Source of the DNA: Rhizobium sp. Q54
GTDB lineage: Bacteria > Pseudomonadota > Alphaproteobacteria > UBA2966 > CAIVPW01
Length of the DNA stretch: 64,000 nucleotides
Assembly: GCA_945904955.1 (NCBI GenBank)
Contig: CAMDPO010000011.1
Span: forward strand, 259-64,258
Reading direction: 5' to 3'
In this document: piece by piece, positions 30,870 to 41,200 of the stretch
Layout of the letters: each line of letters starts with the position of its first letter
Numbering within the stretch: the first letter of the stretch is position 1
The notes under the pieces: model-generated
What the model saw: the letters and a program-made list of their open reading frames with translations, nothing else
Told to the model about the DNA's origin: nothing
The model's database searches: none
Made by a program: the position numbers and the translations under genes

Positions 30870-31652
30870 ATGTGCAGGGTTTTCTCGTACGCCTCCGTAC
30901 TCTTCGTTGCGCTGATCGCGGCGTCCGCCTTCGCGCAGGATGCCGCCACGCCGCCGCTCGTGCGTGCGCCGGATGCCGCCCGTCCCGTTGGCGATCTGCG
31001 CGAGCTTGCGGTAGGGAAGCACGCGCGCGAACTTCCGCTCGAAGGCTACTACGCCTTCGCCTGCGGCTCGAACGGCGGCACGCCCTTGGAGCAGCTCGAC
31101 GACTGGACTGGATTCGCCACCTGCGCGCGCGATCGCGCCACCGACCTCTACGAAGTCTACGTCGAGTACGATGACGAGGGCGAATACGCCGCGCGCATGC
31201 TGCTCGAGTTGTTCGGCGAGCAGGACGGCCGCCTCGGCCTGCGCAAGTATTACGGCACCAAGGTCGCCGGCCACCCGGTCGTGCTCTCGGTGCTGTTCGA
31301 CGAACGCGGCACCGCCCAGGCGATCCGCGCCGTCACCGACCAGCGCGCCGACCTCGACTACCGCCGCAACGCCTACCTGCTGCGCGTGCCCCTGATGAAT
31401 GCCTTCGGCGCCGAAGGGTGGGGCTGCCAGAATCCGCCGCTAGCGAACGGCGAAACGCCCATCGGTGAGTTCTTCGTGAAGATGCGCTGCGAGAAGATCG
31501 CTCCCAGCGGCCGCCGCATGGTGGTCGAGGCGCACCTCTACCGGAAGCCAGGCCAGACCGGCTACGACCGCACCGGCACCACGCTCGAGGGCGACTTCTT
31601 CAGCCAGGGCCGCTGGGAGATTTGGAACCCGGAATACCGGCCCGCGCCCTAG
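30870..31652 (+). CDS. hypothetical secreted protein (260 aa, 4 Cys)
   Basis: Signal peptide MCRVFSYASVLFVALIAASAFA. No recognisable domain. Codon usage fits the host. Confidence 0.45.
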   Translation: MCRVFSYASVLFVALIAASAFAQDAATPPLVRAPDAARPVGDLRELAVGKHARELPLEGYYAFACGSNGGTPLEQLDDWTGFATCARDRATDLYEVYVEYDDEGEYAARMLLELFGEQDGRLGLRKYYGTKVAGHPVVLSVLFDERGTAQAIRAVTDQRADLDYRRNAYLLRVPLMNAFGAEGWGCQNPPLANGETPIGEFFVKMRCEKIAPSGRRMVVEAHLYRKPGQTGYDRTGTTLEGDFFSQGRWEIWNPEYRPAP

Positions 31653-31656
31653 ACCC

Positions 31657-31672
31657 GCGCGGCGAGAGCGTC
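31657..31672. repeat. 16-bp direct repeat GCGCGGCGAGAGCGTC (left copy) flanking a low-GC cassette
   Basis: Exact second copy at 32579-32594. Confidence 0.6.
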
Positions 31673-31818
31673 AGCGGGGGATTCACGAGGCGCGTGGTCC
31701 GCGAGAATTGCGCCACGGACAACTCCGACTTCATCGCCCATCGAGTTTAACAAACTGCGGGCTACGAGTAATCTGCGTCCTACTGTGAACTCCAGTTTCG
31801 GACCGTCGAGGAATTCAG

Positions 31819-32097
31819 ATGGACGTGACGAATGCCGTAGATGCCGCGAAGACTTGGTTCAGGGCGACGATGAAAGACGAGAAAATTGAAAATCTCGGCC
31901 TCGAAGAGGTTGAGTTCAACCCTGTGGATCGCGTCTGGCAGATAACTCTGGGCTTTAGCCGACCGTGGAACAGCGTCCGCGACGCAGTCACTACGATCAC
32001 CGGGGAGGCACTCCCCAAGCGGACCTATCGGGTGATCACGCTGCAGGACCATGACGCAAAGGTTCTCGCGATGAAGCGTCGCGAGGCAGCAGAGTAA
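31819..32097 (+). CDS. hypothetical 92-aa protein (putative cognate partner/antitoxin of downstream PIN protein)
   Basis: Lower-GC codon usage. TAA stop directly abuts the GTG start of the PIN gene. Confidence 0.4.
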   Translation: MDVTNAVDAAKTWFRATMKDEKIENLGLEEVEFNPVDRVWQITLGFSRPWNSVRDAVTTITGEALPKRTYRVITLQDHDAKVLAMKRREAAE

Positions 32098-32574
32098 GTG
32101 TCGAAGGTCGTCGCCCTCGACGCCAATCTCGTCGTACTGCTCGTGGTTGGCCTCGCCAACCCGGCGTGGATATCCACCCACAAGCGCCTTCGAGCGTACG
32201 GCACACGAGACTACGATCTCTTGGTGCGACTACTGCAGAACGCCCGAGAAGTAGTGGTAACCCCCAGCGTCCTGACGGAAGCGTCCAACCTGGTCTCCCA
32301 AATCGAAGGCGACCGCAGGACGAAGGTCATGAAAGAGTTCCGCGCCTTCATTGGGAGGACGAAAGAGCTATTCCAGGAAAGCGCGTCAGTTTCGTTAAGA
32401 AAAGAGTTCGTCCGCTTGGGATTGTGCGACTGCGCCCTTCTTGAGTTGAGCAAGGACGACACGGTGGTCCTTTCTGCAGATCTCGATCTGTATTTGGCGG
32501 CCAGCCGCGCCGGGTACACTGCGGTCAACTTTACTCATGCGAGAGTTGAAGCTGGAATTCTGGACCGACCTTAG
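32098..32574 (+). CDS. PIN domain-containing protein (VapC-like putative ribonuclease)
   Basis: Conserved acidic positions consistent with a PIN fold (ALDANLVV D8; TPSVLTEASN; CDCALLE; SADLDL). 158 aa. Lower GC than surroundings. Confidence 0.5.
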   Translation: MSKVVALDANLVVLLVVGLANPAWISTHKRLRAYGTRDYDLLVRLLQNAREVVVTPSVLTEASNLVSQIEGDRRTKVMKEFRAFIGRTKELFQESASVSLRKEFVRLGLCDCALLELSKDDTVVLSADLDLYLAASRAGYTAVNFTHARVEAGILDRP

Positions 32575-33122
32575 CCAAGCGCGGCGAGAGCGTCGTCCAG
32601 AACGGCGACCAGGCGCGGATCGTCCGGAGTGACATCGGGCGCGAAGCGCGCCACCGCGGCGCCGTCGCGGCCGACCACGAACTTTTCGAAGTTCCACAGG
32701 ACGTCCGATGCCGAGGCGGGACCGAGGCCGTGTCCGCTCAGCTGCTCGCGCAGCTTGCCGCCGCCCTCGTGCTGCGGCCGCGCGGCGATCATCGCGTCGT
32801 ACAGCGGGTGGCGGTCGGGCCCGACGACCGTGATCTTCTTGAACATCGGAAACTCGACGCCGTAGTTGATGCTGCAGAAGGCAGCGATTTCCGACTCGGT
32901 GCCCGGCTCCTGGCGGCCGAAATCATTCGCCGGAAACCCGAGGATCTCGAGTCCGCGTCCGCGCTTCTCGACATAGAGCCGCTGCAGCGCCTCGTACTGC
33001 GGCGTCAGTCCGCACTTCGAGGCGACGTTGACGACGAGCAGGACTTTGCCGCGGTACTCGCCAAGGGTCGCCGCGCGCCCGTCGATGCGGGCGACGGGGA
33101 TCGAATAAAGGCTGCTGGTCAT
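32571..33122 (-). CDS. glutathione peroxidase
   Basis: Catalytic Cys motif (LLVVNVASKCGLTPQY), FPANDFGRQEPG, WNFEKF. 183 aa. Confidence 0.85.
   Translation of the reverse strand: MTSSLYSIPVARIDGRAATLGEYRGKVLLVVNVASKCGLTPQYEALQRLYVEKRGRGLEILGFPANDFGRQEPGTESEIAAFCSINYGVEFPMFKKITVVGPDRHPLYDAMIAARPQHEGGGKLREQLSGHGLGPASASDVLWNFEKFVVGRDGAAVARFAPDVTPDDPRLVAVLDDALAALG
32579..32594. repeat. 16-bp direct repeat GCGCGGCGAGAGCGTC (right copy, inside gpx 3' end)
   Basis: Exact match to 31657-31672. Confidence 0.6.
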
Positions 33123-33156
33123 GTTGTTCTCAGGCCGAGGCGTTCGGCAGCCCCGG

Positions 33157-33633
33157 CTAGCAGTTCTGAAAGTTGGCCTTCTTGCACGCTGCCGCCATGT
33201 CGCGGGCCTTCGCCTGGTCCGGGCGCGTGAGCTTGGGCTCGAGTCCGACGCGGTCGATCTCGCGCTCCTCGTCCTTCTCGGCGGCGAGCGTGTACCACAT
33301 CAACGCCTTGACGAGGTCCTCTGCGACGCCCGCGCCGCGCTCGTACATCACGCCGACCAGGGACATTGCCTGCACCTCGCCCTGGGCGGCCGCGAGCCCA
33401 TAGAGTCGCGCCGCCTCGGACAGATTGCGCTCGACGCCGCGGCCGAAGGCGTACTGCAGGCCGAGCGCGATCTGGGCGCCGGGGTGGCCCGCTTCGACCG
33501 CGATCTTGAACAGCCGCTCGGCGTTGGCGTAGTCGCCCTTGTCGTAGGCGTCGAGGCCGTCCTCGTAGGGACCGGCGATCGCCGGCCCAGCAATCAGCCC
33601 GGCCACCAGCAGAGCGAGCAGCCGGGCGCGCAT
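33157..33633 (-). CDS. Sel1 (TPR-like) repeat periplasmic protein
   Basis: Signal peptide plus Sel1 repeats (GDYANAERLFKIAVEAGHPGAQIALGLQYAFGRGVERN...). Internal ATG chosen inside a 386-aa GC artefact ORF. Confidence 0.6.
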   Translation of the reverse strand: MRARLLALLVAGLIAGPAIAGPYEDGLDAYDKGDYANAERLFKIAVEAGHPGAQIALGLQYAFGRGVERNLSEAARLYGLAAAQGEVQAMSLVGVMYERGAGVAEDLVKALMWYTLAAEKDEEREIDRVGLEPKLTRPDQAKARDMAAACKKANFQNC

Positions 33634-33635
33634 GG

Positions 33636-34268
33636 CTACGAGATCAGGTCGGCGAAGTGGCGCATGCCGAGCATCGCGAACAGCATCGGCAGCGACAGCA
33701 TCAGGTTGGTGCGCGAGGCGAGGAACGCCATGCGCGCGGCCTTCTTCTTCTCGTCGTCGGTGGCGGTGACGATGCCGAGCGCCTTCTTCTGGTTCGGCCA
33801 GATGATGAACCAGACGTTGAAGGCCATGATCAACGCGAACCAGATGCCGAAGCCGATGATCGACGTATCGGCGCCGCGGTCGGTGAGGCCGAGGGCGAGG
33901 GCATCGACGATGTAGCCGCCGGCGCCCGCCAGGACCACGCCGAACAGCACGGTCGAGGCGGCCGCCCAGCGGAACCACCACAGCGCGCGCGGCGCGATGA
34001 ACTTGCTGACCGCCGGTTTCAGCTCGGCGGGAATCTCCGCCATGCTCGGCACCTGCACGAAGTTGAAGTACCAGAGCAAGCCGATCCACATGATGCCCGA
34101 CACCACGTGCGCCCACCGCGCCACGAACATGGCGATGCCGCCATGGCCTTCGGGCAGCGGCGCGCCGACGCCATGGTCGGCGATGCCCATGACCAGGAAC
34201 ACCATCACGACGGTGAGCACCAGGCCGAGCACCACGGTGGTTTGCAGCGAATCGAACGGACTCTTCAT
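33636..34268 (-). CDS. hypothetical integral membrane protein (4-5 TM; resembles membrane domain of PuuD/HemJ-like proteins, no heme c motif)
   Basis: WIGLLWYFNFV...RALWWFRWAAAST pattern. No CxxCH. Confidence 0.4.
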   Translation of the reverse strand: MKSPFDSLQTTVVLGLVLTVVMVFLVMGIADHGVGAPLPEGHGGIAMFVARWAHVVSGIMWIGLLWYFNFVQVPSMAEIPAELKPAVSKFIAPRALWWFRWAAASTVLFGVVLAGAGGYIVDALALGLTDRGADTSIIGFGIWFALIMAFNVWFIIWPNQKKALGIVTATDDEKKKAARMAFLASRTNLMLSLPMLFAMLGMRHFADLIS

Positions 34269-34354
34269 GACGGAACACCTCGTTGCGCGGACGCGCGCAG
34301 GCGGCGATGGTAGTCACAAAATGTAGTGCCCCGCAAGGATAGGGCCGCCGCTAT

Positions 34355-35086
34355 GTGGTATGCAGAACCGTGACAAAGGACGTGATCTCCGACCTGGTTC
34401 GCGACGGTGATCGCGACCGCTTCTGGTGCGTCCAGTTCGCGCCACCGGCCGCCCGTCCCGCCCTGCTGGCGGTGCTCGCCTTCGCCCTCGAGGTGAACGC
34501 CGTGTCGTCGCGCACCACCCGCGAGCCGATGATGGGCGCCCTGCGCTTCGCCTGGTGGCGCGAGGCTCTCGACGCGATCTTCGCCGAAGGTCGCATCCCG
34601 TCGCACCCGGTTCTGGAGGCGCTCACCGCCGTCGTGCGCACCCACGGCCTGGCGCGCGAACTCCTCGACCAGCTGATCGACTCCGCCGAGATGACCGCCA
34701 CCGGCGGCGCCCAGGATTTCGAAGGCCTGGTCGCCCGCTGCACCACCGAAGGCGCCGCGCCGCTCTCGCTGTGGCTGCGCATCCTCGATGCCGAGAGCCG
34801 CGCTACCCAAGCGGCCGTCACCGCGGCCGGCACCGCCTGGAGCCTGACCCGCCACGCCCACGGCCGCACCGATCGCGACGCGGTGCTGGCGCTCGCTGCC
34901 GAGACCATCGCGCGCGGCCGCTCCCAGCGCCCGGATATATTGGACGCCGCGATCCCGGCGCTGCTGCCGATGCCGCTCGCCGCGCGCTCCCTGCGCCTCC
35001 TGAAGAAGGGCAGGGACCCCGCCGCCGACAACCGCGTCCTGCGCCAGCTCAGCCTGCTCGGCTACGCGCTATTCAGCAGCTACTGA
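34355..35086 (+). CDS. squalene/phytoene synthase family protein (putative; start uncertain)
   Basis: [11 protein letters not shown] motif resembles trans-isoprenyl diphosphate synthase-fold proteins. Weak. Confidence 0.4.
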   Translation: MVCRTVTKDVISDLVRDGDRDRFWCVQFAPPAARPALLAVLAFALEVNAVSSRTTREPMMGALRFAWWREALDAIFAEGRIPSHPVLEALTAVVRTHGLARELLDQLIDSAEMTATGGAQDFEGLVARCTTEGAAPLSLWLRILDAESRATQAAVTAAGTAWSLTRHAHGRTDRDAVLALAAETIARGRSQRPDILDAAIPALLPMPLAARSLRLLKKGRDPAADNRVLRQLSLLGYALFSSY

Positions 35087-36421
35087 AGCCTCACCGGCCG
35101 CGAGCCACCCACCGAAATCCGCCCGCGCCCGTTTGACCATCGCACTCTTGCGATCGTCCTTGCGCCCGGCGCCCGGCACTTCCGGAAACAACCCGAAGTT
35201 CGCATTCATCGGCTGGAAGTCGCCGATCGACCCAAGGGTGATGTGATTGACCAGCGCGCCCATCGACGTCGTCGCCGGCGGCGCCACCGGCACCGCGCCG
35301 CGCCGCTCGGCCGCGGCGAAGCGTCCCGTCAGCAATCCCATCGCCGCGCTCTCGACGTAGCCCTCGACGCCGGTGATCTGCCCGGCGAAGCGAATGCTCG
35401 GCCGCGCCTTCAGCCGCAGCGTCCCGTCGAGCACCTTGGGACTATTCAGGAAGGTATTGCGATGGATGCCGCCGAGCCGCGCAAAGTTCGCGTCGGCCAG
35501 TCCGGGAATGGTGCGGAACACCCGCACCTGGTCGCCGTACTTCATCTTGGTCTGGAAGCCGACGATGTTGAACAGCGTGCCCAGCGCGTTGTCCTGGCGC
35601 AGCTGCACCACCGCCCACGGCCGCCGCCCGGTGCGCGGATCGTCGAGTCCGACCGGCTTCATCGGCCCGAAGCGCAGCGTCTCGCGCCCGCGCTCGGCCA
35701 TCACCTCGATGGGCAGGCAGCCGTTGAAGTACGGCGTGTCCTTCTCCCACTCCTTGAACTCGGTCTTCTCGGCGGCGAGCAGCGCGTCGATGAACGCCTC
35801 GTACTCGTCCTTGTTCATCGGGCAGTTCAGGTAGTCCTTGCCGCCGCCCTTGTCGTAGCGCGACTGCATCCAGGCGATGCTGCGGTCGACGCTCTCGCCA
35901 TGCACGATCGGCGCGATCGCATCGAAGAACGCCAGCGAGCCCTCGCCCGTCAGCGAGCGAATGCCATCCGCCAGGGCCGGGGAGGTCAGCGGCCCCGTCG
36001 CGATGATCACCGAGTCCCACTCCGCCGGCGGCAGTCCCGCCACTTCCGTGCGCTCCACCGTGACGCGCGGATGGTCCACGAGCGCACGCTCGACTGCTTC
36101 GGCAAACCCGACTCGATCCACCGCCAGCGCCGCCCCCGCCGGCACCCGATGCGCATCCGCCGCGCGCAGGATCAACGACCCCGCCCGCCGCAGTTCCTCG
36201 TGCAAGAGTCCCACCGCGTTGGTGTCCGCATCGTCCGACCGGAACGAGTTCGAGCACACCAGCTCGGCCAGGCTCGCCGTCACATGCGCCTCGGTCTTCT
36301 TCACCGGCCGCATCTCATGGATCACCACCGCCAACCCCGCTTCGGCGATCTGCCATGCGGCCTCCGACCCGGCCAGCCCGCCGCCGACGATGTGGACGGG
36401 TTGGATGGGAACGAGGGTCAT
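35069..36421 (-). CDS. trmFO: methylenetetrahydrofolate--tRNA-(uracil54-C5)-methyltransferase TrmFO
   Basis: FAD-binding N-terminus [16 protein letters not shown]. 450 aa. Confidence 0.9.
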   Translation of the reverse strand: MTLVPIQPVHIVGGGLAGSEAAWQIAEAGLAVVIHEMRPVKKTEAHVTASLAELVCSNSFRSDDADTNAVGLLHEELRRAGSLILRAADAHRVPAGAALAVDRVGFAEAVERALVDHPRVTVERTEVAGLPPAEWDSVIIATGPLTSPALADGIRSLTGEGSLAFFDAIAPIVHGESVDRSIAWMQSRYDKGGGKDYLNCPMNKDEYEAFIDALLAAEKTEFKEWEKDTPYFNGCLPIEVMAERGRETLRFGPMKPVGLDDPRTGRRPWAVVQLRQDNALGTLFNIVGFQTKMKYGDQVRVFRTIPGLADANFARLGGIHRNTFLNSPKVLDGTLRLKARPSIRFAGQITGVEGYVESAAMGLLTGRFAAAERRGAVPVAPPATTSMGALVNHITLGSIGDFQPMNANFGLFPEVPGAGRKDDRKSAMVKRARADFGGWLAAGEASVAAE

Positions 36422-37176
36422 GAGTTCGTGCCGCCCGAAAATGGGGAAACGCCAGCGACGCGATTGTGAGCTGTCCGTGTAGCTAGATCCTCTTTGCTCG
36501 GAACTAGCGGGCGGCCATCAAAGATCGGGCGCTGGATAGAGAAATTGTTGCACAGGTGGTCAACGAAAAGTCGGGCGTCTCGGCAAAGGCCATTCGCATT
36601 CTCCAAACAAATCATGGCCTCCGGCGCGGCTGAACGGCCGTCGTTCGATAGCGCAGTGAGTGGTTCCGCGGGCATTCGGTCCGCGGGTACTTTGCGAGCC
36701 ATTGACGCAAGCATTCGGAGCCGCGTGTAAAACTGGATCACCTTTTCCGCTGTTCCGGTTTGGAGCAGCCCGAGGTTGGGCAAGGTCGCCTCATAGACGA
36801 CCGTGTCCTCATCGACCGTGCGTAGGACCTTGATTGCCAGGCGAACAGGCAGGTCTGGCTCAGAGAACATCATCTGCGAATATGCGCCCATGATTTCCGC
36901 CGTCAGCACGACGGCTATTGAGCTGGCCTCGGCCTTGTGCCGCGTGTTCAAGATGTGGAGTTCATGCGCTCGTTGTTGCGCATTGAGATGGACATTTTGT
37001 CGATTCGTTAGCCAGCTGGCCAAGAACGCAGCGCCAATGGCAGAAAGCGCGCTGACGAGCGCGGCTCCCCAGATCGGCGCAGAGGCGGGGTCAAATGCCG
37101 CGGCCAAGAACTGGTCTATCGCCGCAGCGCCGGGCGTTTCCGATACCGGTGGAACCAGTCCGCTCTGGTTGCTCAT
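36418..37176 (-). CDS. hypothetical single-pass membrane protein (252 aa), lower GC
   Basis: Hydrophobic segment [22 protein letters not shown]. Stop overlaps the trmFO start (ATGA). 15-nt gap to the upstream protease gene. Confidence 0.45.
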   Translation of the reverse strand: MSNQSGLVPPVSETPGAAAIDQFLAAAFDPASAPIWGAALVSALSAIGAAFLASWLTNRQNVHLNAQQRAHELHILNTRHKAEASSIAVVLTAEIMGAYSQMMFSEPDLPVRLAIKVLRTVDEDTVVYEATLPNLGLLQTGTAEKVIQFYTRLRMLASMARKVPADRMPAEPLTALSNDGRSAAPEAMICLENANGLCRDARLFVDHLCNNFSIQRPIFDGRPLVPSKEDLATRTAHNRVAGVSPFSGGTNS

Positions 37177-37191
37177 CTTGGTCTCACGACG

Positions 37192-38166
37192 CTATCGCAG
37201 GCCGATCGCGACCAGACCGTTCCCGCGGTCTTCAAAGATGACACTCTCAAGGCCTCCCACGGGTGGGGGAAGTTCACCATCGCGCATCTTCTCGTATAGC
37301 GTGCGATACCGCGTCTCGTCGGTTACAGGCCAAGCGTCCGGAACAAGCAGTCCGAGCGCAGGCCAGATGGCCCCCACAACGGACTCTCCCGCTATCAACG
37401 AATTGTTGGGGGCCTCCACCGGGGAGGCATCGGCGCACACTACCCCGCAGGCGGCAACTGCTTCGCCGTCGCGCCACCGGTAAACGAAACCGCCGCTCAT
37501 TCCGGCTGCGGCGGGTATCGACGTGGTGAAGCACGGCCAAGACCCTAGTCTGTGGCCGTCCGGAAGGTTCGCTGTGACGACTCCCATTCGCACACTTACC
37601 AGACGGTAGACTGACAGCGTCTGACCTCTGCCAGTTGCAGCGTCGGGGGCTCGCGTTTCGTCGAGAGACATGTCTGCGAAAGACACCATTCCAACGCGAT
37701 CACCTACGTCTGGGACAGCCAGATCAAGCGGGATGTGGACCTTGTTGAGCGGTGGGGCCTTCTGGTCCGGCGGCGCTCCAACGATGCACGTAGCGATATC
37801 CAGAGGCTCGTCATAGTAGCCGTGGTAGACGGCAAGCATCGCGCCCTGCTCGCGATCGGGAGTCCACAGCGCGCGCAGCTTGTGCAGCAACGGAGATGGT
37901 CGAGCCTTGTTGAAGAAGATGGCTGAGGCGGCGTGCTTCTGTGCGGATTGCTTCCGCGCCACTCCATCCTCCAACACGTGCTTCGCGGTAAGGGCGACCG
38001 CCCACTGTTCCGTGCCAGTCACGAAGAACCCCGTGCCCTCAAGGGAAGGCTCCTTGGATGGTCCAAAGGCCACGAAAGAAATCAGCGCGGGCCGGAACGC
38101 GTCAATGAGAGGTCCGTTCGATGTCTCGATCCACCACCGACCGCGCCGATCCCCGGGAATAGGCAC
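37192..38166 (-). CDS. trypsin-like serine peptidase (S1 family), cytoplasmic, lower GC
   Basis: Catalytic triad context: His (LTAKHVL), Asp (LDIATC), Ser (GMSGGFVY, GDSGG-like). No signal peptide. Start 7 nt after the uvrA stop. Confidence 0.55.
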   Translation of the reverse strand: MPIPGDRRGRWWIETSNGPLIDAFRPALISFVAFGPSKEPSLEGTGFFVTGTEQWAVALTAKHVLEDGVARKQSAQKHAASAIFFNKARPSPLLHKLRALWTPDREQGAMLAVYHGYYDEPLDIATCIVGAPPDQKAPPLNKVHIPLDLAVPDVGDRVGMVSFADMSLDETRAPDAATGRGQTLSVYRLVSVRMGVVTANLPDGHRLGSWPCFTTSIPAAAGMSGGFVYRWRDGEAVAACGVVCADASPVEAPNNSLIAGESVVGAIWPALGLLVPDAWPVTDETRYRTLYEKMRDGELPPPVGGLESVIFEDRGNGLVAIGLR

Positions 38167-38173
38167 GGCGACC

Positions 38174-41059
38174 CTACGACGCCTTCCGCCGCTTGCCCTG
38201 AATGTCCGTCTTCTGGACCGTGCGCGTCCCCGCGCCGCGCGCCAGCACCGGCGCCAGGTACTGCCCGGTGTAGCTGCCGCTCGTCGCCGCCACTTCTTCC
38301 GGCGTGCCGACCGCGACGATGTGGCCGCCCTTGTTGCCGCCCTCGGGCCCCAGGTCGATCAGCCAGTCGGCGATCTTGATGATGTCGAGGTTGTGTTCGA
38401 TCACCACCACCGTATTGCCGGTCTCGACCAGAGCCTGGATCACCTCGATCAGCTTGCGCACGTCCTCGAAGTGCAGCCCCGTCGTCGGCTCATCCAGGAT
38501 GTACAGCGTCTGCCCGGTGCTGCGCCGGCTCAGCTCGCGCGACAGCTTGATGCGCTGCGCCTCGCCGCCGGACAGCGTCGTCGCCTGCTGGCCGACGTGG
38601 ATGTACCCCAGGCCCACCTTCTGCAGCATCTCCATCTTGTCGCGGATGCTCGGCACCGCGCTGAAGAACTCCGTCGCCTCGTCGATGGTCATCTCGAGCA
38701 CATCGGCGATCGACTTGTCCTTGAAGGTGATCTCCAGGGTCTCGCGGTTGAAGCGCTTGCCCTTGCACACGTCGCACTGCACGTATACGTCGGGCAGGAA
38801 GTGCATCTCGATCTTGAGCAGGCCGTCGCCCTGGCACGCCTCGCAGCGCCCACCCTGCACGTTGAACGAGAAGCGCCCCGGCTTGTAGCCGCGCGCCGTG
38901 GATTCGGGCAGCTGCGCGAACCAATCGCGCATCGGTGTGAACGCGCCGGTGTAGGTCGCGGGATTGGAACGCGGCGTCCGCCCGATTGGCGACTGGTCGA
39001 TGTCGACGACCTTGTCGAGGAACTCCATGCCCTCGATCGCTTCGTGGACGCCCGGCGCATCGCGCGTGCCCATCAGCCGCCGCGCCACCGCCTTGTAGAG
39101 CGTCTCGATCACCAGCGTGCTCTTGCCGCTGCCGGAAACGCCCGTCACGCACGTCAGCGTTCCCAGGGGAATCGCCGCCGACACGTTGGCGAGGTTGTTC
39201 TCCTTCGCCCCGATCACCTTGAGGAACTGCCCGGGCTTGCCCGGCCGCCGGTGCGCCGGCAGCGGCACCTGGCGCACGCGGCTCAGGTACTGCCCCGTCA
39301 GCGACTCCGGACTCTTCAGGATCTTGGCCGGCGGTCCTTCGGCAATGATGCGGCCGCCGTGGATGCCGGCGCCGGGCCCCATGTCGATGACGTGGTCGGC
39401 AGCCATGATCGCATCCTCGTCGTGCTCCACCACGATCACCGTGTTGCCGATGTCGCGCAGGCGCACCAGCGTCGTCAGCAGCCGCGCATTGTCGCGCTGG
39501 TGCAGCCCGATCGACGGCTCGTCCAGCACGTACAAGACTCCCGTCAGCCCCGAGCCGATCTGCGAGGCCAGGCGAATGCGCTGACTCTCGCCGCCCGACA
39601 GCGTCCCCGATTGCCGCGCCAGGGTCAGGTAGCCCAGGCCCACGTTGAGCAGGAACCCCAAGCGCTCGTTGATCTCCTTCAGCACCCGCTCGCCGATCTC
39701 GTTGTGCTTGCCCGACAGCTTCTTGGGCAGTTCATTGAACCACTTGACCGCCGCCTCGATCGACATCGACGACGTGTCGGCGATGTTCATGTTGGCGATC
39801 TTCACCGCCAGCGCCTCCGCCTTCAGGCGGTCGCCGTGGCACGCCTCGCACGGCGCCGTGTTCTGGAAGCGCGACATGTCCTCGCGCGCCCAGTTCGATT
39901 CGGTGGTGCGAAAGCGCCGCTCCATGTTGGGGATGATCCCCTCGAACGGCTTCTTCGAGCTGTACTTGTTGTTGCCCTCGTTGAAGCTGATGGTGATCGG
40001 GTCATCACCCGATCCGTGCAGGATCACGTGCTGCGCGGCGTCGGACAGCTCGCCCCAGGGCGTGCGCATGCTGATCTTCAAATGCCGCGCCAGGCTCTGC
40101 AGCGTCTGCAGGTAGAAATGCGAGCTCGACCGCTGCCATGGCGCGATCGCGCCGTCCTCCAGGCTCAGCCGCGTATCCGGCACCACCAGGTTCGGATCGA
40201 AGAAGATGCGCGTGCCCAATCCGTCGCACACCGGGCAGGCGCCGTACGGATTGTTGAACGAGAACAGGCGCGGCTCGATCTCCTCGATGGTGAAGCCGGA
40301 GACAGGGCAGGCGAACTTGGCCGAGAACACCGTGCGCTCGCCGGTATCCACGTTCTCCGTGAAGATGATGCCATCGGCGAGCCCCAGCGCCTGCTCGACC
40401 GAGTCGGCCAGCCGGTTGCCGAGGTCCGGCTTCACCACGACGCGGTCCACCACGACCTCGATGTCGTGCTTGATCTTCTTGTTGAGCGCCGGCACCGCGT
40501 CGATCTCGTAGACCGTGCCGTCCACCTTGACGCGCTGGTAGCCGCGCTTCTGCAGGATCGCCAGCTCCTTGCGGTACTCACCCTTGCGGCCGCGCACCAG
40601 CGGCGCCAGCAGCAACAGCTTGGTGCCCGCCGGCATCGCGTTGATGCGGTCCACCATCTGGCTCACCGTCTGGCTCTCGATGGGCAGGCCGGTAGCGGGC
40701 GAGTAGGGGATGCCGATGCGCGCATACAGCAGGCGCAGGTAGTCGTGAATCTCCGTGACCGTGCCCACCGTCGAGCGCGGATTCTTCGATGTCGTCTTCT
40801 GCTCGATGGCGATGGCCGGCGAGAGGCCCTCGATCGACTCGACATCCGGCTTCTGCATCAATTCCAGGAACTGCCGCGCATACGCCGACAAGCTCTCGAC
40901 ATAGCGCCGCTGCCCCTCGGCGTAGATCGTGTCGAACGCCAGCGTGGATTTGCCCGACCCCGACAGCCCGGTGATGACCACCAGCCGATCGCGCGGAATC
41001 ACCACGTCGATGTTCTTGAGATTGTGCTCCTTGGCACCGCGGATGGTGATGTTCTGCAT
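38174..41059 (-). CDS. uvrA: excinuclease ABC subunit A
   Basis: Two ABC ATPase modules, zinc fingers, [17 protein letters not shown] start matching E. coli spacing. An in-frame ATG 33 nt upstream (41092) is also possible. Confidence 0.9.
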   Translation of the reverse strand: MQNITIRGAKEHNLKNIDVVIPRDRLVVITGLSGSGKSTLAFDTIYAEGQRRYVESLSAYARQFLELMQKPDVESIEGLSPAIAIEQKTTSKNPRSTVGTVTEIHDYLRLLYARIGIPYSPATGLPIESQTVSQMVDRINAMPAGTKLLLLAPLVRGRKGEYRKELAILQKRGYQRVKVDGTVYEIDAVPALNKKIKHDIEVVVDRVVVKPDLGNRLADSVEQALGLADGIIFTENVDTGERTVFSAKFACPVSGFTIEEIEPRLFSFNNPYGACPVCDGLGTRIFFDPNLVVPDTRLSLEDGAIAPWQRSSSHFYLQTLQSLARHLKISMRTPWGELSDAAQHVILHGSGDDPITISFNEGNNKYSSKKPFEGIIPNMERRFRTTESNWAREDMSRFQNTAPCEACHGDRLKAEALAVKIANMNIADTSSMSIEAAVKWFNELPKKLSGKHNEIGERVLKEINERLGFLLNVGLGYLTLARQSGTLSGGESQRIRLASQIGSGLTGVLYVLDEPSIGLHQRDNARLLTTLVRLRDIGNTVIVVEHDEDAIMAADHVIDMGPGAGIHGGRIIAEGPPAKILKSPESLTGQYLSRVRQVPLPAHRRPGKPGQFLKVIGAKENNLANVSAAIPLGTLTCVTGVSGSGKSTLVIETLYKAVARRLMGTRDAPGVHEAIEGMEFLDKVVDIDQSPIGRTPRSNPATYTGAFTPMRDWFAQLPESTARGYKPGRFSFNVQGGRCEACQGDGLLKIEMHFLPDVYVQCDVCKGKRFNRETLEITFKDKSIADVLEMTIDEATEFFSAVPSIRDKMEMLQKVGLGYIHVGQQATTLSGGEAQRIKLSRELSRRSTGQTLYILDEPTTGLHFEDVRKLIEVIQALVETGNTVVVIEHNLDIIKIADWLIDLGPEGGNKGGHIVAVGTPEEVAATSGSYTGQYLAPVLARGAGTRTVQKTDIQGKRRKAS

Positions 41060-41200
41060 CAGGCTGAGACGTGAGGGTTTGGGCGGCTTCACAAGCGCCC
41101 TTAGGTAGACCGGAACCGGTCATTGTAAAGGTTCGCGGCGACGAATTGCGAATCCCGGACCCACCTATTAGGGTGCTCGAAACTCGCGCGGGGAAATCAC

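Noticed and set aside
33157-34317. 386-aa ORF spanning two genes
   Set aside because: Its N-terminal 230 aa are an Arg-rich out-of-frame read across the membrane-protein gene. It was split into a Sel1 protein (33157-33633) and a separate membrane protein (33636-34268).
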